Positions 30,637 through 40,650 are shown, counted from the first letter of the stretch. The stretch: DNA of 64,000 bases from Candidatus Poribacteria bacterium (GCA_965208675.1 OZ242351.1:1344001-1408000), one strand, 5' to 3'. Notes: generated by a model not told the origin, from the letters alone. Numbers and translations are program-made.

Positions 30637-32655
30637 TCACTCCTCAGAACCGGATTTATCAAGTTCTTCTCTAAGCAAGGCGCCCAACGTAGTGGTTGGC
30701 TCTTCGGGATCCTCCGTTTCTTGCTGTTCCTGATATTGTGTTACGGTTGCACGTTCTTGCTCTGCGCGTGCTCCTTTCAGACTCAAACCGATGCGGCGTT
30801 CCGTTGCATCAAGATGAATCACTTTCAGGTCAAATACGTCGCCAATCGAGACTACATCTTCAGGCTTATCAATACGTTGGTTAGCAAGTTCAGAAATGTG
30901 AATGAGTCCCTCAATGCCATCCTCAAGCTTTGCGAATGCGCCGAAATTCGTCAAATTCACAATTTCCCCGCGTACAATTGAATCAATATTGTACTTCTCG
31001 GGAACCTGCAACCATGGATCCGGTTCAATCTGCTTAAGGCCCAATGAAACCTTTTGCTCTGCGGGATCTATACTTAAAACCATAACTTCAACTTCATCAC
31101 CTTCCCTGAGAATCTCACGCGGGTGGACATCTCGCTTGACCCAAGAGAGGTCTGTAGTATGAATCAGACCATCCACCTCATCTTCAATTTCAACAAAGGC
31201 GCCAAAATCTGTCAGGTTTCTTACACGGCCAACAATTTTTGTACCAATCGGATACTTGGTTTCCAAGAGTTCCCATGGATTGGGCTGGAGTTGTTTTAAC
31301 CCGAGCGAAATTCTTTTGCTCCCTCTATCAATCTCAAGCACAACTGCCTCAACCTTGTCCTCTTTACTGAAGATTCTTGAAGGCGCAACATTTCTTTTAG
31401 TCCATGACATTTCCGATACATGAATGAGTCCTTCAACCCCTTCCTCAAGTTCAAGGAAAGCACCGTAGTTGACAATATTGACAACTCGCCCTTGAACCGT
31501 GGATCCAACCGGAAATTTTTCTTCAACTGTGAGCCACGGATCTGTGGTTTTCTGTTTCAAGCCGAGCGATATTTTTTCGCTTTGGTGGTCAATGTCAGTA
31601 ATTTTCACTTCAATTTCGTCGCCAATCGAAATCATCTCGGAAGGGTGATTCACTCTACTCCACGACATATCCGTTTTGTGGAGCAGCCCATCAATGCCGC
31701 CGAGATCGACAAAAGCGCCGAAGGAGGTAATGTTCTTAACCACCCCGGACCGAATCTGTCCAATTTCAAGTGCACTCAGCAATTCCGCCTTTTGCGAAGC
31801 CAATTCTTCTTCGAGAAGAATTCGGCGCGACAAGACAATGTTGCGGCGGCGCCTACTGACTTTAACTACCTTCATCTCAAGCGTTTTTCCAATATACCGC
31901 TCGAAATTCTGAACAGGACGCAATTCAATCTGTGAAGCCGGTAGAAATGCGCGTAATTTACCAACCTCTACCCGAAGTCCCCCTTTGATGTGTTCTACAA
32001 CTTTGCCTTGAACGGGTTGCTTTTCTTCGTGGGCTTTGGCGATTTCGTCCCAGATAATCTTTTGGTCGGCAAATTGTTTTGACAAAACAATTTGGCCTTC
32101 GGCATCTTCCCTGCGTACAATATAGACATCAATCTCATCGCCAACGGACACAGACGGCAGCCCGTCTTTACCGACCTCAAATTCTCCTGTAGGAATATAT
32201 CCCTCGGATTTAAAACCGATATCAATCATGATTTCGTCGCGATTGACATCGACAACGGTGCCTTTAACAACTTCGCCTTCCGTGAAGGCTTTAAGAGAGT
32301 TATCATACGCCGCTTCTAGCGATTCCATATCCGCGATATCAGCGCCGGATGACTCCCCACCCGAATCCTCGGTTGCCTCTGCATCCGCGGGTTCAGTTGA
32401 AGACGTATCTTCAGTTTCTGTAGAAGGTTCGTTTAGGTCGCCTTCTCCCGAAGTGCCAACCTCAGCATGGCCTTCTACAGGTGTTTCCTCGCATGCCAGA
32501 ATCGTTTCTTGCTCGGTTGTTTGATTAATAGAAGCGTCAGCGCCTAAGTCTTCTGCGCCCTCTGACTGCGCCTCCACTCCAGTTGTGCCCGCCTCATCCG
32601 CTTCAACTGCGAATTCACCGGCATTCACTACCTCAGTTTTTGAATCATCATTCAT
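30637..32655 (-). CDS. rpsA: 30S ribosomal protein S1 with acidic N-terminal extension
   Basis: Six S1 repeats ('FGAFVDLGGIDGLLH', 'YGAFLELEEGVEGLIHVSE'). The frame extends to TTG 32685; ATG 32655 was chosen as the start. Confidence 0.95.
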   Translation of the reverse strand: MNDDSKTEVVNAGEFAVEADEAGTTGVEAQSEGAEDLGADASINQTTEQETILACEETPVEGHAEVGTSGEGDLNEPSTETEDTSSTEPADAEATEDSGGESSGADIADMESLEAAYDNSLKAFTEGEVVKGTVVDVNRDEIMIDIGFKSEGYIPTGEFEVGKDGLPSVSVGDEIDVYIVRREDAEGQIVLSKQFADQKIIWDEIAKAHEEKQPVQGKVVEHIKGGLRVEVGKLRAFLPASQIELRPVQNFERYIGKTLEMKVVKVSRRRRNIVLSRRILLEEELASQKAELLSALEIGQIRSGVVKNITSFGAFVDLGGIDGLLHKTDMSWSRVNHPSEMISIGDEIEVKITDIDHQSEKISLGLKQKTTDPWLTVEEKFPVGSTVQGRVVNIVNYGAFLELEEGVEGLIHVSEMSWTKRNVAPSRIFSKEDKVEAVVLEIDRGSKRISLGLKQLQPNPWELLETKYPIGTKIVGRVRNLTDFGAFVEIEDEVDGLIHTTDLSWVKRDVHPREILREGDEVEVMVLSIDPAEQKVSLGLKQIEPDPWLQVPEKYNIDSIVRGEIVNLTNFGAFAKLEDGIEGLIHISELANQRIDKPEDVVSIGDVFDLKVIHLDATERRIGLSLKGARAEQERATVTQYQEQQETEDPEEPTTTLGALLREELDKSGSEE

Positions 32656-32726
32656 CAGAATATTTGGTTCAATCCCAAAACGCAAAACAGCGTTCGATTT
32701 GACCCACCAGTTCCTCCTTTTTCCAA
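32655..32726 (-). CDS. Putative 23-aa leader ORF coupled to rpsA (MEKGGTGGSNRTLFCVLGLNQIF)
   Basis: SD AGGAGG lies just upstream of TTG 32726, and its TGA overlaps the rpsA ATG (TGATG). Confidence 0.35.
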   Translation of the reverse strand: MEKGGTGGSNRTLFCVLGLNQIF

Positions 32727-32779
32727 GTCACCCTCCTAATTTTTAGAGGGTTAAGACATTGGTTCAAAATTACTGACAT

Positions 32780-32809
32780 AGTATAGCACAAATTAATGCA
32801 TTGACGCAA
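32780..32809 (-). promoter_or_regulatory. Candidate sigma70 promoter for rpsA
   Basis: TTGCGT-18 bp-TATACT with a TGn extension. Confidence 0.5.
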
Positions 32810-33150
32810 CTTCAATCCCAGATTTGTTAAAAAATTCCCCTTTTATAGTCAATTCCCTTCATAATTGCACAAGTTTCAGTAAGTGCGCACTATAATCCTG
32901 TGCCGATGTAGGTGTGCGGCATTCCGCGCAGTTGGTATCAGCGTATTCAATTAGGGGCTGTTACCTCGGAAGCTGCCGGTTCTACCCGCATCTGCAAAAT
33001 GCAATACTGCCGGTTCGGTTGGGAAAACGAACCTGCTGGCGTATACCAATAATTTTTGGTCGTACATGGCACTTAATTATTGGCGAATTTTGAGAAAATC
33101 CTGGTTGGCTGCTGGACGATTTTAGGCTTGAGCCAAGCAAAGCAAATACC

Positions 33151-33179
33151 TTGACATCCTTGTAGGCCTCATGTATCAT
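33151..33179 (+). promoter_or_regulatory. Sigma70-type promoter for the 33217 gene
   Basis: TTGACA-17 bp-TATCAT. Confidence 0.65.
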
Positions 33180-33216
33180 CGACCCGTGCAAACATAGTTT
33201 TTGAAGGGAGCGAAAG

Positions 33217-35124
33217 GTGGTACCAGACATAAAAAGCGACGCAATCTCCGCAGAGGATACACCGCGTACCCGTTTCATTATCCGTGCCCTGATTTTCGGC
33301 TCAATCCTCATTATACTCAACTGTTATTGGATTGTATCCGCGGAGAATCGGGTTGTGTGGGAATTGACAGACTTTTCAATTTTCCCCACGGTACTGTTTA
33401 CACTCTTCCTCGTGGCACTCGTAAACCTACTGTTGAAGCGCTTCTTTAAAGGCGCACCGCTGAGCGAGTCGGAATTAGCAATTGTATATGTCATGGTTTC
33501 GGTCGCGACAGCGCTTGCAGGACACGACATCGTCCGGCAGTTGGTGCCCATGATGGCAAACGCTTTTTGGTTCGCAACCCCCGAAAACGAATGGGAGGCC
33601 CTCTTTTTTCGATTCATCCCGTCATGGCTCGCGGTTGAAGATCGAAGCGTTTTACAAGGGTATTTTGAGGGTGATGATAGCTTTTGGCGGCGTGAGTATA
33701 TTGATGCGTGGCTCACACCCATGCTCGCATGGATGTTCTTCGTTGTCGTTATTCTGTTCGTCATGCTCTGCATCAACATTATAGTTAGAAAGCAGTGGAT
33801 CGACCATGAGAAGTTGAGCTATCCGCTGACCGTAATGCCGGTGGAAGTCATCGGCGGCAGCTCCAAATTATTCACCAACCGGCTCATCTGGATCGGATTC
33901 AGTATCGCTTTCTGCCTCGAAATCCTCGCCGGCATCAACTATCTTTATCCTGTTGTTCCATCACTCAAAGCAAAGTACGTAATTCGCTTCGTCGAAAAAC
34001 CGTGGAACTCGGTCGGTTGGGGAGGCAGCGGTGGGTTTCCAATGTATGTCTACCCTTTTGCCGTCGGATTTGGATTTCTGATGCCGCTCGATCTATCTTT
34101 TTCGTTATGGTTCTTCTATCTGTTTTGGACCGCACAACGAATCTTTTTCAATGCAATTGGCTGGACGACCGCAATCAGCTTGCAAGCACAGCAAAGGTCA
34201 GGTGCATGGCTCGGCGTTGGAATTCTGGCGCTGTGGACCAGCCGAAAACACATCGCCCGTATAGTAAACGGGGTCTTTTTTTCCAAAGCCGCTGATCCGC
34301 TTTATCGAACCGCTGTCTTCGGTATCATGTTCGGAATGGGATTCATCCTTTTCTTCTGGTTTCAGGCAGGGCTGTCGCTTTGGGTGGCGTTGGGATACTT
34401 CGGTATCTACCTTCTCCTCTGTATTGGAATGACCCGAATGCGGGCAGAGTTAGGTCCACCGACGCATGAATTGCACCACGCCCACCCGGACCAGATTATG
34501 ATTTGGTTAATTGGCACCCGTCCCATTGGCGCTGGAAATCTAACGAACACAACGCTCCTGTCGTGGCTGGCTTACGGTTATCGATGCCATCCCATGCCCC
34601 ATCAGTTGGAAGGATTCAAAATCGGATCGCATTTCAAAATCAACGAAAATCGACTGGTCGCGGCGTTCATCGTCGCATCGGTCGTCGGTACAATCATGGC
34701 GATTGGCGCGCATGTCGCACTATATTACAAATTCCAGTTCCATCATTGGGGCGTTGGCGAAACGCACCGACTGCATAGTTGGATCGCGTTTCCGCAAACA
34801 ACCGATATACCCGCAATTCAACACATGGGGTTTGGCTTCCTCTTCACAACGGCGCTTACTGTCCTGAAAAGACGATTCCTGTGGTGGCCCCTATACCCCG
34901 TCGGTTATGCTGTCGGAAACGGTTGGGCAATCGGTTGGATGTGGCTCTCCATCTTCTTCGGCTGGTTGTTTAAACGACTCCTATTTGCCGCGGGAGGCGT
35001 CAAATCCTACCGCCGCGCATTGCCATTCTTCCTAGGACTAATCTTTGGGCAATTTCTTGCCGGCAGCCTGTGGAGCCTTATAGGCGTTGTGTTAAACACA
35101 AATGTCTACACGTTATTCCCATGA
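33217..35124 (+). CDS. Polytopic membrane protein, DUF6785/DUF6784-like (distant OPT-type transporter fold)
   Basis: About 16 TM segments; 'RKQWIDHEKLSYPL', 'TRMRAELGPP', 'WWPLYPVGYA', 'YRRALPFFLGLIFG'. Family recalled from motifs, not searched. Confidence 0.7.
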   Translation: MVPDIKSDAISAEDTPRTRFIIRALIFGSILIILNCYWIVSAENRVVWELTDFSIFPTVLFTLFLVALVNLLLKRFFKGAPLSESELAIVYVMVSVATALAGHDIVRQLVPMMANAFWFATPENEWEALFFRFIPSWLAVEDRSVLQGYFEGDDSFWRREYIDAWLTPMLAWMFFVVVILFVMLCINIIVRKQWIDHEKLSYPLTVMPVEVIGGSSKLFTNRLIWIGFSIAFCLEILAGINYLYPVVPSLKAKYVIRFVEKPWNSVGWGGSGGFPMYVYPFAVGFGFLMPLDLSFSLWFFYLFWTAQRIFFNAIGWTTAISLQAQQRSGAWLGVGILALWTSRKHIARIVNGVFFSKAADPLYRTAVFGIMFGMGFILFFWFQAGLSLWVALGYFGIYLLLCIGMTRMRAELGPPTHELHHAHPDQIMIWLIGTRPIGAGNLTNTTLLSWLAYGYRCHPMPHQLEGFKIGSHFKINENRLVAAFIVASVVGTIMAIGAHVALYYKFQFHHWGVGETHRLHSWIAFPQTTDIPAIQHMGFGFLFTTALTVLKRRFLWWPLYPVGYAVGNGWAIGWMWLSIFFGWLFKRLLFAAGGVKSYRRALPFFLGLIFGQFLAGSLWSLIGVVLNTNVYTLFP

Positions 35125-35381
35125 ACCGTGCCTACCGTTTCTACAAAAATGCCTGTTGTAAATTCTTCCGGGTTATGCCATAATAGCTTTTCGTTTCGGT
35201 TGAGATTAAACTATCAACTGAGCGGGTAGGGAGGGAACAAGCGAGCAATTAGGAAGTCCGATAGTTTTCGTCTTCTCTAGCTTTTCCCATCGAAATGGAG
35301 GTAATCTGCAATACTCAATTACAATTACTATATACTTTGTAAATTGCCAAGCCAGCCAAATTCAGGAGGTCCCGAAACGCC

Positions 35382-36836
35382 ATGCACACGAAAAATATTC
35401 TACCGAACTACATTGGTAACCAGTGGCGCCATTCTAGCGCAAGCGAGCATCTAGACGTGTACAATCCCGCCACGGCTGAAGTCATCGGCGCCGTTCCGCT
35501 CTCGCCCGCCGCAGAAGTAGATCAAGCAGCGCATATTGCCTCTAAAGCGCTCGTCGAGTGGCGCCGCACCCCGCCGACCGAACGCGTACAATACCTATTC
35601 AAACTGAAAAACCTGCTTGAAGAACACTTTGATGATATTGCGCACACTATAACCTTGGAATGCGGCAAGACGCTTGATGAATCGAGAGGGGAACTGCGCC
35701 GCGCTGTTGAGAACGTCGAAGTCGCCTGCGGCATTCCGACCCTGATGCAAGGCTATAATTTGGAAGATATCGCCGCCGGTATCGACGAGATGATGATCCG
35801 TCAACCGGTTGGGGTCAGCGCCGCAATCGCCCCGTTCAACTTCCCTGGCATGATTGTTTTCTGGTTTCTTCCGTACGCTATAGCCTGTGGCAATACCGTC
35901 ATTGTTAAACCGTCGGAGAAGGTGCCGCTGACCATGCAAAAAATCTTCGGTTTGCTGGAAGAGATTGGTCTGCCGGAAGGCGTCGTTAATCTGGTTAACG
36001 GCACGAAAGAGACGGTTGATGCCATCTTGGATCACCCGACGATTAAAGCCGTTAGTTTCGTCGGTTCGACCGCTGTCGCCAAGTCTGTCTACGGTCGAGC
36101 CACGGCGAACGGCAAGCGGGCGCAGTGCCAAGGCGGCGCCAAGAATCCCATTATCGTCCTGCCCGATGCCGATATGGAGCTCGCACAGCGCACTGTTCCT
36201 GAAAGCGCGTTTGGCTGTGCCGGACAACGCTGTTTGGCGGGTTCGCTTGCGATTACTGTTGGCGAGGCGCGAAATTGGTTCACGGACATCATGGCAGACG
36301 CAGCCGCTAGCCGAGTAGTCGGCAACGGATTACATCCCGATGTTGAAATGGGACCCGTAATCACGCCCGAAAGTAAAGCCCGCATTGAAGGATTGATTCA
36401 ACAAGGCGCTGACGAAGGCGCCAAAATCCTGGTAGACGGCCGCAATGCCGAGATTTCAGGGTACGACAACGGATATTTCGTGCGTCCAACCCTGCTCGAC
36501 AATTTGAATCCAGACAGCGAAATCGCGCAAACCGAGATTTTCGGACCAGTGTTGAGCCTGATTCACGCCAACACCATTGATGATGCAATCGCGTTGGTCA
36601 ATAGCAGAAACTACGGCAACATGGCGTGCCTCTATACCAGCAGCGGCGCAGCCGCCCGAAAATTCCGATACGAGGCGGAAATCGGCAATATCGGAATTAA
36701 CCTCGGCGTCGCGGCGCCGATGGCGTTCTTCCCTTTCAGCGGTTGGAAGGATAGCTTCTTCGGAGATTTACACGGTCAAGGCCAAGACGCTGTCGAGTTC
36801 TTCACCCAAAAGAAAGTTGTCGTCGAACGTTGGTAG
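35382..36836 (+). CDS. mmsA: CoA-acylating methylmalonate/malonate-semialdehyde dehydrogenase
   Basis: '[18 protein letters not shown]', '[11 protein letters not shown]', '[11 protein letters not shown]', '[13 protein letters not shown]'. Confidence 0.92.
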   Translation: MHTKNILPNYIGNQWRHSSASEHLDVYNPATAEVIGAVPLSPAAEVDQAAHIASKALVEWRRTPPTERVQYLFKLKNLLEEHFDDIAHTITLECGKTLDESRGELRRAVENVEVACGIPTLMQGYNLEDIAAGIDEMMIRQPVGVSAAIAPFNFPGMIVFWFLPYAIACGNTVIVKPSEKVPLTMQKIFGLLEEIGLPEGVVNLVNGTKETVDAILDHPTIKAVSFVGSTAVAKSVYGRATANGKRAQCQGGAKNPIIVLPDADMELAQRTVPESAFGCAGQRCLAGSLAITVGEARNWFTDIMADAAASRVVGNGLHPDVEMGPVITPESKARIEGLIQQGADEGAKILVDGRNAEISGYDNGYFVRPTLLDNLNPDSEIAQTEIFGPVLSLIHANTIDDAIALVNSRNYGNMACLYTSSGAAARKFRYEAEIGNIGINLGVAAPMAFFPFSGWKDSFFGDLHGQGQDAVEFFTQKKVVVERW

Positions 36837-36848
36837 CAAGGAATTGTT

Positions 36849-37316
36849 ATGCATAGACGTAAAACAGTTTACCTCGCGAATCCCTACGGTTTCTCGGACC
36901 AACAGCGAACAGTTCTGTTACCCGCACTCGTCCACGCACTCGAAGCGCTGGGCTTAGACGTGTGGGAGCCGTTTGCGCGGAACAATGAGGACACCTCGTC
37001 TCCCGGTTGGGCTTATCGCGTCGGGCAGGCGGACATGCAGGATGTAATGGAGGCGGACGCAATGTTCGCCATCGTGAACGGTGTACCGCCGGACGAAGGC
37101 GTCATGGTCGAACTTGGAATGGCGATAACCGCTGGCAAACCTACATTTCTATTTCGAGACGACTTTCGCCGCGCCGCCGATAGTGACGAATACCCGCTCA
37201 ATCTCATGCTATTCACCGGACTGCCGCAGCGAGGCTGGGAACGCTTCTATTACACGTCAATCGCCGAAATCTCATCACCCGACAAAGCCCTCGCACCTTG
37301 GGCAAAACCAACCTAA
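36849..37316 (+). CDS. Nucleoside 2-deoxyribosyltransferase family protein
   Basis: 'VYLANPYGFS', 'DMQDVMEAD', 'PDEGVMVELGMA', 'YPLNLML'. Confidence 0.85.
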   Translation: MHRRKTVYLANPYGFSDQQRTVLLPALVHALEALGLDVWEPFARNNEDTSSPGWAYRVGQADMQDVMEADAMFAIVNGVPPDEGVMVELGMAITAGKPTFLFRDDFRRAADSDEYPLNLMLFTGLPQRGWERFYYTSIAEISSPDKALAPWAKPT

Positions 37317-37400
37317 CCTCGTATCCATACGTCCTGCCTCCTTGAAAAGGGGGGCTGTAGTAAATTAGATTATCAATGATACCCTGCAGTACGATCGGTT

Positions 37401-37456
37401 TCCTAACCGAAGCAGTATTCTTCCAGTCCACTAGTGCGGTTGGAAACTGCACTAAC
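37401..37456. repeat. Dispersed REP-like element, copy 1
   Basis: Aligns without gaps over about 55 bp to 46766-46821; contains the palindrome TAGTGCGGTT-GGA-AACTGCACTA. Confidence 0.7.
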
Positions 37457-37532
37457 CGCAACTCTAGGGTGGGCCAACTTCCACACGTACAATGTCGTAT
37501 TTTCGAGACACAGCCCGTTGAGAACTCCATAA

Positions 37533-37857
37533 ATGAAAATCGTTACGAAATCAATTTGGATACCCCAAGCCATAGTCATTGCGATGCTATTGTACACTCT
37601 TTTTTTGGGATCGATATTATCCGCATATAACCTTGCTTAAGTGGGTCTGCTGTCCGGCCTTTGCGTATCTCGCGTCCGAGGCATGGAAACGACAGAAATC
37701 TGGTAGGGTTTGGGTCTTTGGGACGATCGCCGTTTTCTTTAATCCCATATTCCAACCTCATTCAGTTTGGAATATGTGGTATATCGTAATCCCATTCGCC
37801 ATAGGAATAGCCGCCGTCTCAATCATTGTCCTAAATTCCAAAAACCCGGAAAAATAA
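37533..37857 (+). pseudogene. DUF6804-like small membrane protein frameshifted at a T7 tract
   Basis: ATG 37533 frame MKIVTKSIWIPQAIVIAMLLYTLF stops at 37640. Removing one T from 37600-37606 joins it to WDRYYPHITLLKWVCC...WVFGTIAVFFNPIF. Confidence 0.65.
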
Positions 37858-38404
37858 CACTCGTACAGAATTTGTAGGCTGGGTTAAGCAGATTTACGAA
37901 AACGTTGATTTGAAGCTATGGGCGCAGCAGTTCCATCATGTTATAAAACCTCCGTGACATACCGCAACCCAATGTTTTTTAAATCCGAATCGAATTTCTT
38001 CAATGATATACATCTCAGCTTTTGACTGAAAAATTAAGGGATCGAAGAGTTTTCGTAATTTGCGCTGAGGGATCAACCGACCGAATAGGGAGGGCGATAG
38101 TCTTCCTTTTAGGCTCCCTTAGTCTGCTCTAGTCTTTCCAAAACCCATAACATCGAAACGTCCTAGCGGCGAAGCAGTAAATTCTGACACCACAATTTTC
38201 AACACCATGAATATAAACGGACGGCAAGGGAGTGGTTTGGTGTTCAGTAATCTCCAATCCATAATGATGGTTTTTTGTTGGGCGGAAGACAGGGAAGACT
38301 AGAGCTCTTGCGATTCGCACGTTTGATTAGTAAATCGTTTACCAGTTGTCTATCAAAACTACAAAAATTGACTATTTCATTACGCCTAGGAAGGAAACCC
38401 AAAA

Positions 38405-39469
38405 ATGCAGAAAAATCGGCGATGTTTTGTTCAACTTCCCCCTCATGTTAGCTTAGCAATAACTGTAGCTATGTTGTTCGTTATCACCATTAGTAGCTGC
38501 GACATCATTCAGGAACTTCTAATAACGGAAGACGCTCCCGAAGCCCCCCAAACCACAACCGTTACTATTCTGGGAGGCACGCCCGGCGGCAGCTTTACGC
38601 CATTTGCAGCCGCAGTGAGCGACATCGCCACACAAAATCAATCGCAATTTGAAATAGCTGTTGAAGCCTCTCCGGGATCGGTAGAGAATACGCGCCGCGT
38701 CAATGAAGGTCAGGATTACCTCGGCATCGCCTTTTCGTCGGAAAGTTATTTGGGTTACCACGGGCAAGAAGTATTCGCTGACGATGGTGCGAAAACTAAC
38801 ATCAGAGCCGTGACGCTACTCTATATCGCGTATTCCCAGACTGCCGTGCTGGCAGATAGTGGCATTCATCAGTTTGAAGACTTGGTTGGCAAGACTATAG
38901 CCAGCGGTAGAGTCGGATCCGGCTCGGCACAAACGATAGCGCGCTTGGCAACATCGGCTGGCATCTGGGACGATTTTATGGTGGTGCATAAGGGCAGTAA
39001 TGAAGGGGCAGCAGCGCTCCGGACCGGAGAAGTCAACGCTTTTCATATGTTGGTCAGTGTGCCGAACGATGCGATGGCGCAGCTCGCTGCAATAAACGAA
39101 ATTCGAATGCTGGACATGGACGCGCCCGCGCAAGCATCTGCGTTCTACGACCAGTATCCGTTTTACATATCCGGAGCACTTCCCGAGAATGCTTACGGTG
39201 GCAAAGTGGAGGCAGTTAACACACTTTTGATGCCGACATTGCTAATCGCTCACAAAGATATCCCAGCAGAAATTGTTTATACAATCCTCCAACGGGTCTT
39301 TACTCCAGAAGGGTTGCAAGCAATGCGCGAGGCCACCGGGGGCGCAGCGGCAGATATGACGACTGAAAATGCCCCAAAAGCATTTGTAATACCGCTTCAC
39401 CAAGGTGCCTACCAGTTTTGGAGTGAACAAGGCCTTGCAATTCCTGTGCACGCGAAGCCGGTAGATTAA
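38405..39469 (+). CDS. TAXI-family TRAP transporter solute-binding lipoprotein
   Basis: Lipobox 'ISSC', 'GGTPGGSF', 'SPGSVEN', 'DLVGKTIASG..GSGS', 'IPLHQGAYQFWSE'. Confidence 0.9.
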   Translation: MQKNRRCFVQLPPHVSLAITVAMLFVITISSCDIIQELLITEDAPEAPQTTTVTILGGTPGGSFTPFAAAVSDIATQNQSQFEIAVEASPGSVENTRRVNEGQDYLGIAFSSESYLGYHGQEVFADDGAKTNIRAVTLLYIAYSQTAVLADSGIHQFEDLVGKTIASGRVGSGSAQTIARLATSAGIWDDFMVVHKGSNEGAAALRTGEVNAFHMLVSVPNDAMAQLAAINEIRMLDMDAPAQASAFYDQYPFYISGALPENAYGGKVEAVNTLLMPTLLIAHKDIPAEIVYTILQRVFTPEGLQAMREATGGAAADMTTENAPKAFVIPLHQGAYQFWSEQGLAIPVHAKPVD

Positions 39470-39664
39470 GGATAGACGTCATATTTTTTTTCATCTCGCT
39501 CTAAAAGGGGTTCGTTAGTCTGTCCTAACGATTCTCAATCCAAACACACTGTCTCCGCAAGTCAGTTCTGGTAAGGTGAGTAGAGGGATCAATCAACCTA
39601 CAAAAACTGACATGATGCATCCTTATCGTATATAAGCGCATTGACCCATTTATCGGTTTATGGA

Positions 39665-39693
39665 TTGACCGTCTAGGTAGAATTTGCTATACT
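39665..39693 (+). promoter_or_regulatory. Sigma70-type promoter for the 39814 gene
   Basis: TTGACC-17 bp-TATACT with a TGn extension. Confidence 0.6.
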
Positions 39694-39813
39694 ATTCCTG
39701 TCGGCGACTCATGATCGGCAGAGGCTGAGGAACCGCGATGCGCTGCGGCGAGGGGATATATTTCGCTGAGCTTAGCAATTATAGAAGTGGCGCCATCGTT
39801 GGAGATTAAGGAT

Positions 39814-40481
39814 ATGACACGCATATCTGAGCTAGCCAAAAGGTTACGAACAAGATTGCTACTGATAGTAATGGGGATTTTGTCATGGACTATTATTTAT
39901 TGCGTGTACGCTAGCGCAGAAGAAATTGAAAATCTCGCCCGAGGCGGAGACTTCGAGACGCCTGACGACATGGCGCAGTGGGGCTTATGGAAAGCGGCGG
40001 CGACGCAAGGTAACATGAAAATAGACAAAAAGAACGCCGTGATCGGGGAATCCAGCCTCTATGTATTTGATATCATCTTGGATCCGGTCGACAAATGGAA
40101 ACCCAACATTGTACAGGTGGATATCTTTATCCTTGAGAAAAAAAAGATCCATACCTTCTCCGCATTCCTAAAGGCCGAAAAACCACGGCAGCTTAGACTA
40201 ACCTTTATCGATCATATCAACGAACCGTGGCCTATGGGTCCGGTCAAGATTTTTGATATTGGCACTGATGGAAGGAATACTGGGTGACTAGCATACCCTC
40301 CGCGCTCGCAGGTTCGCTGCAAATTACCAACGCGCCCGAAGGGTCTAGAGTAAATTACTGGATAGACGGTGTTAGGTTCTATCGGGGCGAATTTCAGCCG
40401 ACAATCCCGCCCAGGGCGGTGTCGGCGGCGGACAAACTCACAACGAAATGGGGAACCATAAAAACCCAATACGGTCGATAG
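39814..40481 (+). pseudogene. Secreted CBM4/9-like beta-sandwich protein with C-terminal 'WGxIK' motif, split by a 1-bp deletion
   Basis: Signal peptide, 'ENLARGGDFE', 'FSAFLKAE'. At 40261 the sequence ggc act ga tgg aag gaa tac tgg restores GT(E/D)WKEYW with one added base and joins the 40284-40481 frame ('YWIDGVRFY...AVSAADKLTTKWGTIKTQY'). Confidence 0.75.
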
Positions 40482-40553
40482 CTTGCATCGCCATTGAGTT
40501 GTTATCGTCATTGCGGTTCATGTTTACACTCGGAAGGAGTGGCCGACTAATAA

Positions 40554-40577
40554 TCGAGGCTAGGAAGCCTCTCCCAC
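40554..40577. repeat. REP-like palindrome (GTGG foot)
   Basis: Minus strand GTGGGA-GAGGCT-TCCT-AGCCTC. Confidence 0.45.
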
Positions 40578-40650
40578 AAGTTAATGAGCAAATGTATAAC
40601 TTTTAGTTGCAATGACCATATTTTTACATCATGACAGAAGGTGAATCATC

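Noticed and set aside
38129-38320. Minus-strand 63-aa ORF as a transposase remnant
   Set aside because: No HUH or DDE motif and no terminal repeats recognisable.
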